A stretch of DNA of 64,000 bases from Solirubrobacteraceae bacterium (GTDB lineage Bacteria > Actinomycetota > Thermoleophilia > Solirubrobacterales > Solirubrobacteraceae). The stretch's first letter is position 1; each line of letters opens with the position of its first letter. The notes under the pieces were generated by a model. The model had not been told where the DNA came from, searched no databases, and saw only the letters and a list, made by a program, of their open reading frames with translations. Location of the stretch: positions 14,853-78,852 of the forward strand of contig DATARO010000080.1 in the NCBI GenBank assembly GCA_036264095.1. Direction: 5' to 3'. Of this stretch, positions 37,376 through 46,824 are shown one piece after another. Both the position numbers and the translations under genes were made by a program.

Positions 37376-38625
37376 GTGTTGCCGCGCGCACCGTCCGGCG
37401 CCGGACCGTCGCGAGGACGGACGAGGTTCCGCGCAGCCGGCTCTTGCCGGGGGATGTCCTGCGGGTCGCGAGCATCGGCCTGCGCACGCGCCGCTTGCGC
37501 GCCGCGCTCTCCGCGCTCGGCGTCGCGATCGGGATCGCAGCGATGGTGGCCGTGCTCGGGATCTCGGATTCGAGCCGCGCCGGACTCGAGGCGGAGCTTG
37601 GGCGTCTCGGCACGAACCTGCTCACCGTCACCCCCGGTCAGACGTTCCTCGGCGCGAATGCGCAGCTGCCCGAAGCCGCGGGCGGCGCCGTACGCGGCCT
37701 CCAGAGCGTGCTCTCGGCCGCGGCGGTCACCGCGGTCAGCGGCGCGAGCGTGCGCCGCAGCCCCTACATCGAAGCGGCGGAAACGGGCGGGATCGGCGTC
37801 TACGCCGCCGACCCGCAGCTGCTCGACACGCTCGGCGGGCGCGTCGTGCGCGGGCGCTTCCTCGACGCCGGCGACGAACGCCTGCCGCTCGTCGTGCTCG
37901 GCGCCGTCGCAGCGCAGCGTCTCGGCGTCACGCAGCTGCTCATCGACGGCGGACCCGTGCAGGTCTACCTCGGCGATCGCTGGTTCACCGTCGCGGGCAT
38001 CCTCGGCCCGCAGCCGCTCGTGCCCGAAATCGAACGCACCGCCCTGATCGGCTACCCGGTGGCAAAACGGCTGTTCGGCACCACGCGCCACGCGAGCACG
38101 CTGTACGTGCGCGCGGATCCCGAACGGGTGCGCGAAGCCTCCGCGCTGCTCGGCGCGACGGCCGATCCCAAGAGCCCGGAAGACACGCAGGTCAGCCGTC
38201 CCTCAGACGCGCTCCAGGCGCGCGCCGACGCGCAGGGGACGCTCACGTCCGTGTTCCTCGCCCTCGGCGCCGTCGCGCTGCTGGTCGGCGGGGTCGGGAT
38301 CGCCAACGTGATGGTGATCTCGGTGCTCGAGCGCCGTCCCGAGATCGGGCTGCGCCGGGCCCTCGGAGCGAGGGGCGTGCACATCGGGGTCCAGTTCCTC
38401 GGCGAGTCTGTCCTGCTGTCGCTGTTCGGCGGCGTGGCCGGCATCGGGCTCGGGGCCGGGGCGACGGCGATCTACGCCTCAGCCCAGGGATGGAGCGTCG
38501 TCGTCCCGGCCGCGGCGGTCGCGGGTGGCGTCTCGATCGCGCTCGTGCTGGGTGCGCTCGCAGGACTCTACCCGGCGGCGCGCGCCGCGCGCCTGGCACC
38601 GGCCGCGGCGCTGCGGAGCACGTGA
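37372..38625 (+). CDS. ABC permease (MacB/FtsX-like)
   Basis: [32 protein letters not shown]. Confidence 0.93.
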   Translation: MSVAARTVRRRTVARTDEVPRSRLLPGDVLRVASIGLRTRRLRAALSALGVAIGIAAMVAVLGISDSSRAGLEAELGRLGTNLLTVTPGQTFLGANAQLPEAAGGAVRGLQSVLSAAAVTAVSGASVRRSPYIEAAETGGIGVYAADPQLLDTLGGRVVRGRFLDAGDERLPLVVLGAVAAQRLGVTQLLIDGGPVQVYLGDRWFTVAGILGPQPLVPEIERTALIGYPVAKRLFGTTRHASTLYVRADPERVREASALLGATADPKSPEDTQVSRPSDALQARADAQGTLTSVFLALGAVALLVGGVGIANVMVISVLERRPEIGLRRALGARGVHIGVQFLGESVLLSLFGGVAGIGLGAGATAIYASAQGWSVVVPAAAVAGGVSIALVLGALAGLYPAARAARLAPAAALRST

Positions 38626-38702
38626 GCGAGTCGCCGCCGGCTGCGCCCCCACGCAGCCGGCCGCGAGCTCCCTGAAGGCGGCGCCGCTACCGGCGCCGTC
38701 TG

Positions 38703-38879
38703 TCATGCGCGCCTGGGTTCGATCCCCAGCGCGCGGCGCAGCGGCTCGCGCATCAGTAGCCGGTAGGCCACATCGCTAGCGGCAAGTGCGGTGATCAGCG
38801 CCGCACCCTGCCAGTGAGCCGCGACATCTTCACGCGCGCGGTCCAACGCGCGTCGCGTACCTAGAGTTGCTCCCCCCAT
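38703..38879 (-). CDS. Putative 58-aa small protein
   Basis: SD AAGGAGG; upstream TTGACC-N16-TACTCT (38953-38980). Confidence 0.55.
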   Translation of the reverse strand: MGGATLGTRRALDRAREDVAAHWQGAALITALAASDVAYRLLMREPLRRALGIEPRRA

Positions 38880-39124
38880 GTTCGTCCCTCCTTGAACACC
38901 TGGGCGCCGCGCGGAGCCCCCCTGGCTCCGCTCGCTTGCACGACGCAGGCCGAGAGTAGGGGATGGAGGGCCGGGGGTCAACGCCTGCAACGCCGGGAGC
39001 GCGCGCGCGTGCGGGTCGCGCCGACGCGAGGAGGAGGAGGAAGGGTCATGACCCCGCCGCGGGGGGGAGGGGTCGCCCGCGGCAGGGGTCATGCGCGGCA
39101 TGCGCGGTGGGCGATGCACGCGCA

Positions 39125-39613
39125 TCACGCCGCCAACGCCCGCGCCGGCTGACGGCCGGTCAGGCGTCCGATCGAGGTTCGTTCCTCGCGCTCGGCTCGG
39201 TGTTCGGGGCAGTAGACCCCGCGCACCCGGCCGTTGCGCAGCCCGTAGGCGAGCCAGGCTTCGCCACGCCAGGCGAAGCGGAAGAAGCGGTCGCCGCGGC
39301 GCTCTGCGCGCTCGCGCTCCCACGCCGCCACGACGACCTCGGCGGGCACCTGCGCCTCGCAGGAGCAGCCGTGGGTCAGGTAGCCGGAGGAGACGCAGCG
39401 GAGGAGGCGCTCGTCGGCGCTCTGCGGAGCGAACGGCGGCGGGCCGGCGACCAGCGACTCCAGCTCCGCAGCCGAAACGGGCCGCCGGCATTCATCCGCC
39501 GACGGCTTGGGGCCATCGTGCGAGGTGACACCACGCACCTCACACGGACGGCCGGCGGCCCGCTCATCGCACCCCCACTCGGGAAGCTCGTTCTCACGAT
39601 CAGGGCAGGTCAT
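39125..39613 (-). CDS. Hypothetical Cys-rich protein (162 aa)
   Basis: SD GAAAAGGA; HGCSC and CPEH; 8 Cys. Confidence 0.65.
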   Translation of the reverse strand: MTCPDRENELPEWGCDERAAGRPCEVRGVTSHDGPKPSADECRRPVSAAELESLVAGPPPFAPQSADERLLRCVSSGYLTHGCSCEAQVPAEVVVAAWERERAERRGDRFFRFAWRGEAWLAYGLRNGRVRGVYCPEHRAEREERTSIGRLTGRQPARALAA

Positions 39614-39817
39614 GTCGTCCTTTTCGGGCAGCGGCGCCCGACTTGATACCCGCGGCCGCAAAATTGGACGCCCGTTCGAGGAACGGGAACGGATCTTCGG
39701 CACCCGGGGCGGCGAGCTCCATCGAGATCGGCGACCACGCGTGCGGCACCGCGCCGGGGCGGCAGACCGGCGGGTGTCACGCGGGGCGGTCCAGCGCGCC
39801 GCCGGTAGGCTGGCGCG

Positions 39818-40297
39818 GTGCCGAACATCAACGAGCCGCGCTTCGACGAGCCCCGCGAGCACCCGGGGTTCCGCGCTCAGCGCTCGCGCATCGGCCGGCA
39901 CGCCGGCAGCCGCCGCCTGGGGGCGAGCCTGTGGGAGGTGCCGCCGGGCGAAGCGGCCTATCCGTACCACTACCACCTCGGCGAAGAGGAGCTGCTCGTG
40001 ATCCTCCAGGGGCGCCCCAGCCTGCGCACGGCCCAGGGCTGGCGCGAGGTGGAGGAGGGCGAGGTGCTGTCCTTCCCGCGCGGCGAGGAGGGCGGGCACC
40101 AGCTCGTCAACCGCACGGACGGCGTCGTCCGCTTTCTCGCGGTCAGCACGCAGGGCGACCCCGACCTCGTCGTCTACCCGGACTCGGGCAAGCTAGGGGC
40201 GTTCGAGCGCCTGCCCGCAGGCGGCGGCATCAACGCCCTCTACCGCATCGCCGACGCCGTCGACTACTACGACGGCGAGCAGCCGCCCGCGGCCTGA
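39818..40297 (+). CDS. Cupin domain protein
   Basis: YPYHYHLGEEE...GHQLVN; -10 TAGGCT 6 nt before GTG. Confidence 0.88.
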   Translation: MPNINEPRFDEPREHPGFRAQRSRIGRHAGSRRLGASLWEVPPGEAAYPYHYHLGEEELLVILQGRPSLRTAQGWREVEEGEVLSFPRGEEGGHQLVNRTDGVVRFLAVSTQGDPDLVVYPDSGKLGAFERLPAGGGINALYRIADAVDYYDGEQPPAA

Positions 40298-40303
40298 CCT
40301 CCT

Positions 40304-40329
40304 CGGCGGCTCGCGCGCGCGAGCCGCCG
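40304..40329. terminator. 26-bp perfect palindrome after the cupin gene
   Basis: CGGCGGCTCGCGC|GCGCGAGCCGCCG. Confidence 0.55.
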
Positions 40330-40453
40330 TCGGGCGGCGGCGATCGTCGAGGAGCCTTGCGGGCCACCTCGAGGGGAGCGCGGCCCCGACCGCCGAGCGG
40401 CGAGAACTGCCTTCTCTATCAAGGAAGAACGCGACTCGGCCGATGCTTGCGAA

Positions 40454-41743
40454 GTGGGATTGCAACCGCGCAACGACGCGCATGACGCGCGCACGCTCGC
40501 GAGCGCCGATGAAGCGGCCGACGCGGCGCTGCGCGAGCTGCCGGACGCGCTGATCGTCGCGTTCGACAACGAGCTGCGCTTCATCCTGACGGCCGGCCAG
40601 CCGATCGAACGGCTCGGCCGCACCAGCGCCTTTCAGCCGGGCGCGCCGGTCGCCGCCGCCTTCACGCCGCAGCTGTGGGAGGTGATCGGCGGGCTGTTCG
40701 AGTCTGCGCTCGAAGGCGAGACACGTTCTCGTGAGATCTGGACGACCGACGAGCGCTGCCTGACCGTCGACATCGGGCCGCTGCGCCTGAACGACCAGGG
40801 CCGCGTCGAGGAGGGAGCGGACATCGTCGGTGGCATGGCGGTCGTGCTCGACAGCACCGCGCGCCGGACGGCCGACGTGATCGCGAGCAGCGGCGACGGC
40901 TTCGAGCAGATCTTCGAGCGAGCACCCGTGGGCACCGGCCTGCTGGACCGCGACGGCCGCTGGCTGCTCGTCAACCGCGCGCTCTGCGAGATCACCGGCT
41001 ACACGTCCGAGGAGCTGATCGGCAAGCGCTTCGACGGGATCATCCACCCCGAGGACGCTTACAACGACAGCGCTCGCCGCGAACAGCTGCTCGCCGGCGA
41101 CGTCGACGCCTACCGCGTCGAGAAGCGGTACTTCGACGCCTCCGGGGAGATCGTCGCCGCGCTGCTGTCGATGTCGCTCGTGCGCGATCGCGACGGCGCG
41201 CCGCTGCACTACATCGCCCAGCTGCAGGACGTCTCCGAGCGCCGGGCGTTCGAGGAGGAGCTGCGTGCGCTGGGCGACCACGACCCGCTCACCGGCCTTC
41301 GCAACCGCAGGCTCTTCCTGCACGACCTCTACCTGCAGGTCGCGCGCTCGCGCCGCTACGGCGAGGTCGCCGGGCTGGTCGTCATCGACATCGACGGCAT
41401 GAAGGAGCTGAACCAGACCTACGGGTCCGATGCGGGCGATGTCGTGCTGCAGTCGGTCGCGCGCGCCCTGACACGCCGGCTTCGGCAGACCGACCTCGTG
41501 GCAAGGGTGGGCGGCGACGAGTTCGGGATCCTGCTGCCGCACATCGACCAGGAGGGACTGGCGGTCGTCGCCGAGGGCCTCGCACGCGTGATTCCCACGT
41601 GTGGCGTCGACGTCGGCTCCAGCGTCGTCCATCCATCGGCCGCCTTCGGCTACACGCTCGTCGACGCGAGCACCGTCAGCGCGCAGGTGGCGCTCAGCGC
41701 AGCCGCCGAGGGGCTGGCGCCGCAGCTGCCGCCGCGCGACTGA
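40454..41743 (+). CDS. PAS-PAS-GGDEF diguanylate cyclase
   Basis: DPLTGLRNRR, DIDGMK, RQTD I-site, intact GGDEF; start position uncertain. Confidence 0.9.
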   Translation: MGLQPRNDAHDARTLASADEAADAALRELPDALIVAFDNELRFILTAGQPIERLGRTSAFQPGAPVAAAFTPQLWEVIGGLFESALEGETRSREIWTTDERCLTVDIGPLRLNDQGRVEEGADIVGGMAVVLDSTARRTADVIASSGDGFEQIFERAPVGTGLLDRDGRWLLVNRALCEITGYTSEELIGKRFDGIIHPEDAYNDSARREQLLAGDVDAYRVEKRYFDASGEIVAALLSMSLVRDRDGAPLHYIAQLQDVSERRAFEEELRALGDHDPLTGLRNRRLFLHDLYLQVARSRRYGEVAGLVVIDIDGMKELNQTYGSDAGDVVLQSVARALTRRLRQTDLVARVGGDEFGILLPHIDQEGLAVVAEGLARVIPTCGVDVGSSVVHPSAAFGYTLVDASTVSAQVALSAAAEGLAPQLPPRD

Positions 41744-41801
41744 GCCGATCTCCCGGCATCGCAGCCCCGGGGCCCTCCGGTACGGCCAATACGCTGGATC
41801 C

Positions 41802-43340
41802 ATGAAGGAGGGGGAGCGCCTGGCGGTGATCGATCTCGGATCCAACTCGTTCCGCCTCGTCGTGTTCATGGCGGGGGCAGCGGGGTCGTGGAGGCGTACC
41901 GACGAGATCTATGAGCCCGTGCGGATCGGCCAGGGCATGGCCGAGACCGGGGAGCTCGGCGCCGAGCCGATCGAGCGCGCGCTCGCGACGCTCGACGTCT
42001 TCAGCCACTTCTGCCGTGCGAGCGGGTTGGGACCCCGCGAGGTCGATGCGGTGGCGACGAGCGCGATCCGCGACGCACGCAACGCCGACGCGTTCCTGTC
42101 GCGCGCCCGCGCGCTGTCGGGGCTGCCGATCCGCGTGCTCAGCCGAGAGGAGGAGGCGCGTTACGGCTATCTCGCGGCGGACAACTCGACGACGCTGTCG
42201 GACGGCTTCGTCCTCGACCTCGGCGGCGGGTCGATGCAGCTCGTGCGGGTGCAGGAGCGGGACGCGCGCGAGAGCGGCTCGTGGCGGCTCGGCACGGTGC
42301 GCATGAGCGAGCGCTTCCTGCCTCCCAACGGCCCGGCCAAGCGCAAGCAGCTCCAGGAGCTGCGCGAGCACGTCACCGACGAGCTCGGCGACGCCGATTG
42401 GCTCGCGGCGGCGACCCGGCGCGGGCCCGGCCGGCTCGTAGGCATAGGCGGCACGGTGCGCAACCTGGCGGCGGCCGCGCAGCGCGCGGCGGGGCTGCCC
42501 TCGAACGGCGTGCAGGGCATGGTGATCGGCGCCGACCGCCTCGACGAGCTGATCGAGCGGCTCGCTGCGCTCCCGGCAGCCGAGCGCGCGAACGTTCCCG
42601 GCGTGAAGCCCGCGCGCGCCGACCTGATCCTCGCCGGCGCCGTCGTGGTCGCGGGCGTCCTGCGCGCCGGCGGCTTCGATGGGCTCGAGACGACCGAGGC
42701 CGGGCTGCGCGAGGGCGTGTTCTTCGAGCGGCTGCTCGAGGGCCGCGAGCCGCCGCTGTTCGCAGACGTGCGGCGGGCGAGCGTGCTCAACATGGCGGCC
42801 CAGTACCGCGTCGACGCCGACCACACCAACCACGTCGCCCTGCTCGCGCTGGGCATGTTCGACGAGCTCGCCGCACTCGGCCTGCACGACGGTGACGGGC
42901 GCGAGCGCGAGCTGCTGTGGGCCGCCTGCATGCTGCACGACATCGGCATGTCGATCGACTACGACGACCACCACAAGCACTCCCGCTACCTGATCCTCAA
43001 CGGCGGGCTCCCGGGGTTCGAGCCGGTTGAGACCGCGATCATCGCGCAGGCGGCGCGCTACCACCGCAAGGGCATGCCGACCCCCGGTCCGCTCGCGAGC
43101 CTGTTCGGCGAGGGCGACGCCGAGCGCCTGGACCGCTGCGCGGTTCTGCTGCGGCTCGCCGAGGACCTCGAGCGCTCGCGCGACCAGCTCGTGCGCAGCA
43201 CCAGCATCGCTCTGCAGAACGGGGAGGTGCAGCTGCGGCTGCTGGCCGAGGGCGAGTCAGCGCTGCCGCGCTGGGCGGCGGGGCGAGAGCGTCAGCTCTT
43301 CGCGCGGGCGTTCGGCCGGGACCTGCTCGTCACCGCTTAG
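41802..43340 (+). CDS. ppx: Ppx/GppA exopolyphosphatase with HD domain
   Basis: IDLGSNSFRL, EEARYG, DLGGGS, GLREG, LHDIG. Confidence 0.92.
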   Translation: MKEGERLAVIDLGSNSFRLVVFMAGAAGSWRRTDEIYEPVRIGQGMAETGELGAEPIERALATLDVFSHFCRASGLGPREVDAVATSAIRDARNADAFLSRARALSGLPIRVLSREEEARYGYLAADNSTTLSDGFVLDLGGGSMQLVRVQERDARESGSWRLGTVRMSERFLPPNGPAKRKQLQELREHVTDELGDADWLAAATRRGPGRLVGIGGTVRNLAAAAQRAAGLPSNGVQGMVIGADRLDELIERLAALPAAERANVPGVKPARADLILAGAVVVAGVLRAGGFDGLETTEAGLREGVFFERLLEGREPPLFADVRRASVLNMAAQYRVDADHTNHVALLALGMFDELAALGLHDGDGRERELLWAACMLHDIGMSIDYDDHHKHSRYLILNGGLPGFEPVETAIIAQAARYHRKGMPTPGPLASLFGEGDAERLDRCAVLLRLAEDLERSRDQLVRSTSIALQNGEVQLRLLAEGESALPRWAAGRERQLFARAFGRDLLVTA

Positions 43341-43505
43341 ATGATTGATTCCACGACCCTGCACCGCCGGTGGCACGCTTGGCCTTCGCACGCCGTTGTC
43401 CTCGGCCTCGCCCTTACCACCAGTAAGGGCTTCGGTCTGCGTCCTAGGCCTGCTCGACCACCCGCACCACCGGAACAACGGCACACGACCGCGAAATCAA
43501 TCATC
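43340..43505. mobile_element. MITE-like non-coding element, 166 bp, flanked by TA
   Basis: Perfect 11-bp TIR GATGATTGATT / AATCAATCATC (14 of 16 if extended); TA on both sides; internal hairpins; no transposase. Confidence 0.7.
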
Positions 43506-45679
43506 TAGCGGCGCAGGGCGCGCGCGTCGCCCTTGCAGTCGAACAGCGTCAGCGCGTCGAGCACGTAGCGGAGCGGGCTGTGCCACGTGCTGAGCGACAG
43601 CTCCTTGCACGCGCGCAGCACCGCGGCGGTCGCCTTGTTGCCGCCGCGCGTCGAGTAGTCGCCGCCCAGCAGCACGTAGCGCGCTTCGTGGCGTTCGACC
43701 ATCTTCGCGACCCCCGTCCCGTCGAGCGCGGGATCGCTGCCGCTGTAGCCGCCGAGCGCCGCGGCATCGACCCCCATCAGGATGAACGGCGAGGCCTGCG
43801 TGGAGGAGACGGTGAAGAGCGGGAAGCGCTTCGTCGCGCCGTGGGTCGTGATGTAGGCGATCAGCGCGCGGTCGACCCGCAGCTCGGGCCCCGCGATCCC
43901 GACGCCGCCGGTCCCCTCGGCGAATTTCGGGCCGGCCGCCGGGAACGTCCCCTCGACCGGGCCGAGCCACGTCGTGGTCGCATAGGCGGTTGGGACGATC
44001 ATGAAGAGCGCGAACATCAGCACGACGGCAGGCCGCGCCAGCGAGCGCGAGAGCGCGAAGCCGAGCAGGGCGAGCGCGCCGACGACGAGGAACACGGGCA
44101 CGAGCCACAGCAGGTAGCGCTCGCGGTGGAGCAGCACGGTCTGCGCCGCGATGCTGCCCGCGACCGACAGTCCCGCGAGCGCGACGGCCGCCAGCCAGCG
44201 CCCGTCCTCGCGCAGCCGGACGAGGCCCAGCGCGCCCACCCCGGCCATCGCACCCGTCGCGGGCGCGAGCGCGGAGGCGTAGTAGGGGTGGACGATGCCC
44301 TTGGACCCGCTCAGCACGATGACCTCGACGAGGAACCAGCCCCCCATCACGAGCAGGAACGGCATCAGCGCGCCGCGCTCGGGCGGGGGCGCGGGCGCAG
44401 CTCGCGCAGGTCGCAGGCGACGCACGAGGCGCTCGAGCGGCCCAGCCCCGGCCTGCGGCCGGGGCTCCTCGCGGCCGTCGATCCCGGGCAAGTCGTCGGG
44501 GCGCCGCCTGCCGCGCCACTCGCGCGCGGCGAGCAGCGCGAGCGCGATCGCCCCGAACAGCGCGAGCGGGATCTGCCAGCCGTCCTGGTCGCCGAGGCCT
44601 TTGCCCCACAGCCGCACGGGGCTCGGTTTGCCTCCGAACGGGAACGGGTTGCGGTAGTGGCCGTTCCTCAGGAACGTCGAGCTGTTCGGTCCTTTGGTCG
44701 GGGCGTGCGCCGCGCCGACCGTCGTGCCCACGACGGCCGGGGCGGCGTGGTGGGGGCTGTGGTGGTAGACCGGTCGCGCGCCGGGCAGCGTGAGAACCGT
44801 GTCGGGCCCGCCGAGCTGTCCTTCGACGCGCCCGAAGCCGTTGTATTCGAACGTCAGGCCGAGCTGCGTGTTGTTGGTCGAGCTGCCCACGAACGGGCGC
44901 TTGGACGCCGGCGTGGCTTCGACGTAGGCGATCCAGGCGCCGGAGACGATCAGCATCGCGATGCCTCCCGCGAGCAGGCCGAGCGCGCGCGTGCGCCACG
45001 ACACCGGGGCGCACAGCAGATAGGCAGCCGCGATGCCGGGCACGGCGAGGTAGGCCGCGAGCGTCTTCGTGTTGAACGCGAGGCCGATGAAGACACCGCT
45101 GGCGACGATCCAGCGCACGCGGCCGGTCTCGGCGGCGCGCAGCCCGGCGCCGCACGCTGCGAGCATCAGCAGGATCAGGAGCGCATCGACGCCGTTGTCG
45201 CGCGAGACGGCGACGAACGACGGGAAGACGGCGAGCGCGAACGCCGAGGCGAAGGCCGCGGCGGCGCCGAGCCGGCGGGCGACGATCACGTACAGGAGCG
45301 CCACCGTCAGGACGCCGATGATCGCCTCGGGGAGCAGCACCGCCAGCGGCGTGAAGCCGAAGATCTTCGCGCTGGCCGCCTGCACCCACAGCGCGAGCGG
45401 CGGCTTGTCGACGGAGATCAGCCCGCCGGGGTCGAACGAGACGAAGACGAAGTTGTGCCACGAGCGGAGCATCGAGCGCACGGCGGCCGAATAGAAGATG
45501 TTCGACCAGCCGTTCTGGGAGAGGCGGTGCACGTTCAGCACCGCTGACAGCGCGACGACGAGCGGCAGGCCCGCGTGGCGAGCGAGGGCGAGCGATGCGG
45601 GCAGGCGCCGGCCGCCGCCGGCGTCGGCTTCGCGCGCGAGCGGGATCTCGTGGCTGGCGGTGGTCGGGAGGCTGCTCAT
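43505..45679 (-). CDS. Glycosyltransferase family 39 (ArnT/YkcB-like) membrane protein
   Basis: NIFYSAAVRSM...DKPPLALW, SRDNGVD, AFNTK; many TM helices. Confidence 0.85.
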   Translation of the reverse strand: MSSLPTTASHEIPLAREADAGGGRRLPASLALARHAGLPLVVALSAVLNVHRLSQNGWSNIFYSAAVRSMLRSWHNFVFVSFDPGGLISVDKPPLALWVQAASAKIFGFTPLAVLLPEAIIGVLTVALLYVIVARRLGAAAAFASAFALAVFPSFVAVSRDNGVDALLILLMLAACGAGLRAAETGRVRWIVASGVFIGLAFNTKTLAAYLAVPGIAAAYLLCAPVSWRTRALGLLAGGIAMLIVSGAWIAYVEATPASKRPFVGSSTNNTQLGLTFEYNGFGRVEGQLGGPDTVLTLPGARPVYHHSPHHAAPAVVGTTVGAAHAPTKGPNSSTFLRNGHYRNPFPFGGKPSPVRLWGKGLGDQDGWQIPLALFGAIALALLAAREWRGRRRPDDLPGIDGREEPRPQAGAGPLERLVRRLRPARAAPAPPPERGALMPFLLVMGGWFLVEVIVLSGSKGIVHPYYASALAPATGAMAGVGALGLVRLREDGRWLAAVALAGLSVAGSIAAQTVLLHRERYLLWLVPVFLVVGALALLGFALSRSLARPAVVLMFALFMIVPTAYATTTWLGPVEGTFPAAGPKFAEGTGGVGIAGPELRVDRALIAYITTHGATKRFPLFTVSSTQASPFILMGVDAAALGGYSGSDPALDGTGVAKMVERHEARYVLLGGDYSTRGGNKATAAVLRACKELSLSTWHSPLRYVLDALTLFDCKGDARALRR

Positions 45680-45725
45680 ATGGCTCTACGTACACCCGCG
45701 GTGCGGGCGCGGCGGTGGCTGCGGC

Positions 45726-46805
45726 TCACGCGCGCAGGGCGGCCAGAAGCCGCGCGAGGTCCGTCTCGTCGTTCCAGGCGCCCACCGATGCCCGCAACCA
45801 GGGCCTGCCGGGAATGTTACGCACCACGACCCCCGACTCGGCCAGCAGCGCGCGTTCCTGCTCGGCGTCCGCGCAGGAGAACGAGACGAGCGTGGTGCGG
45901 TCGCGCGGCTGCACGACGCTGCCGCGCTCGGCCAGCTGCTCGGCCAGCCGGGATGCCAGGGCAGCGGCGCGCTCGTGGATCTGATCCCAGCCCTCCTCCG
46001 CGAGCAGCTCGAGCGAGGCGAGCGCGCAGGCGTTCGCCTCGGCGCTCAGTGCCGGGCTGTCGAAGCGGCGGCCGTCGTCGCGCAGCCCGGCCGCGAGGCC
46101 CGCGTTCGCGTCCTCGAGGTTGCCGTAGCCGCGGCGCGGGACCTCCAGGCGCTCGCGCAGCTCGGGGCTGACGTACAAGAAGCCGCTGCCGTCCGGGCCG
46201 CAGCACCACTTCTGGCCGGCGGCGGCATAGGCGTCGCAGCCGAGCGTGCGCACGTCCGTCGGCACCGCGCCGGCCCCCTGGGCGCCGTCGAGCAGGACGG
46301 GGACATCGACCTCGGCGAGCGCGGCCGGCGCGAGCCGACCCGTCATCCAGCTCACGTGCGAGCACGCGACCAGGCGCGTGCGCGGCCCGACGGCCTCGGC
46401 AACATCGGCAAACGGAACCGCGCGGACCTCGACGCCGCGCAGCTCGCGCGCGGCGGCGAGCGCGCCCTGGAGCCCCGGGTGCTCCTCGTCGCTGGTGACG
46501 ATCTCGTCCCCAAGGCCGAGCGGCAGGCCGATCATCACGGCGGCGATCCCCTCGGTGGCCGAGGTCGTCAGCGAGACCTCGGTCGCATCGCATCCGAGCA
46601 CGCCTGCGTAGAGCGCGCGCAACCGGTCCGACAGCTCGCTGCGGCGCTCGAAGTGCTCTTTCGCGCGTCCGTCCTGCAGCTCGCGCTCGAGCTCCGCCGC
46701 CGCTGCGGCGACGGCGCGCGCGGGCAGCGGCCCGTCGGTGCCGGCGTTCAGGAAGGCGAGGCGCGCGAGCACCGGGAACTCCGCACGCAGTCGCGAGGCG
46801 TCCAC
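45726..46805 (-). CDS. Class V PLP aminotransferase (cysteine desulfurase/isopenicillin epimerase-like)
   Basis: FLNAG, EEHP, SHVSW, LDGAQ, GQKW. Confidence 0.85.
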   Translation of the reverse strand: MDASRLRAEFPVLARLAFLNAGTDGPLPARAVAAAAAELERELQDGRAKEHFERRSELSDRLRALYAGVLGCDATEVSLTTSATEGIAAVMIGLPLGLGDEIVTSDEEHPGLQGALAAARELRGVEVRAVPFADVAEAVGPRTRLVACSHVSWMTGRLAPAALAEVDVPVLLDGAQGAGAVPTDVRTLGCDAYAAAGQKWCCGPDGSGFLYVSPELRERLEVPRRGYGNLEDANAGLAAGLRDDGRRFDSPALSAEANACALASLELLAEEGWDQIHERAAALASRLAEQLAERGSVVQPRDRTTLVSFSCADAEQERALLAESGVVVRNIPGRPWLRASVGAWNDETDLARLLAALRA

Positions 46806-46824
46806 GATCGGCGAGAATAGCCGC

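Noticed and set aside
38713-38729. tRNA T-arm-like hairpin CTGGG-TTCGATC-CCCAG
   Set aside because: No D-arm, anticodon arm or matching acceptor stem upstream, and no integrase nearby; not a tRNA, and an att remnant is unsupported.
39043-39054. 12-bp palindrome GGGTCATGACCC as an operator
   Set aside because: Single short occurrence, no recognisable regulator consensus, plausible by chance.
45681-45713. CGTAGAG upstream of the GT39 gene as a fourth ECF promoter
   Set aside because: No TGATCC-like -35 element at 16-17 nt spacing.
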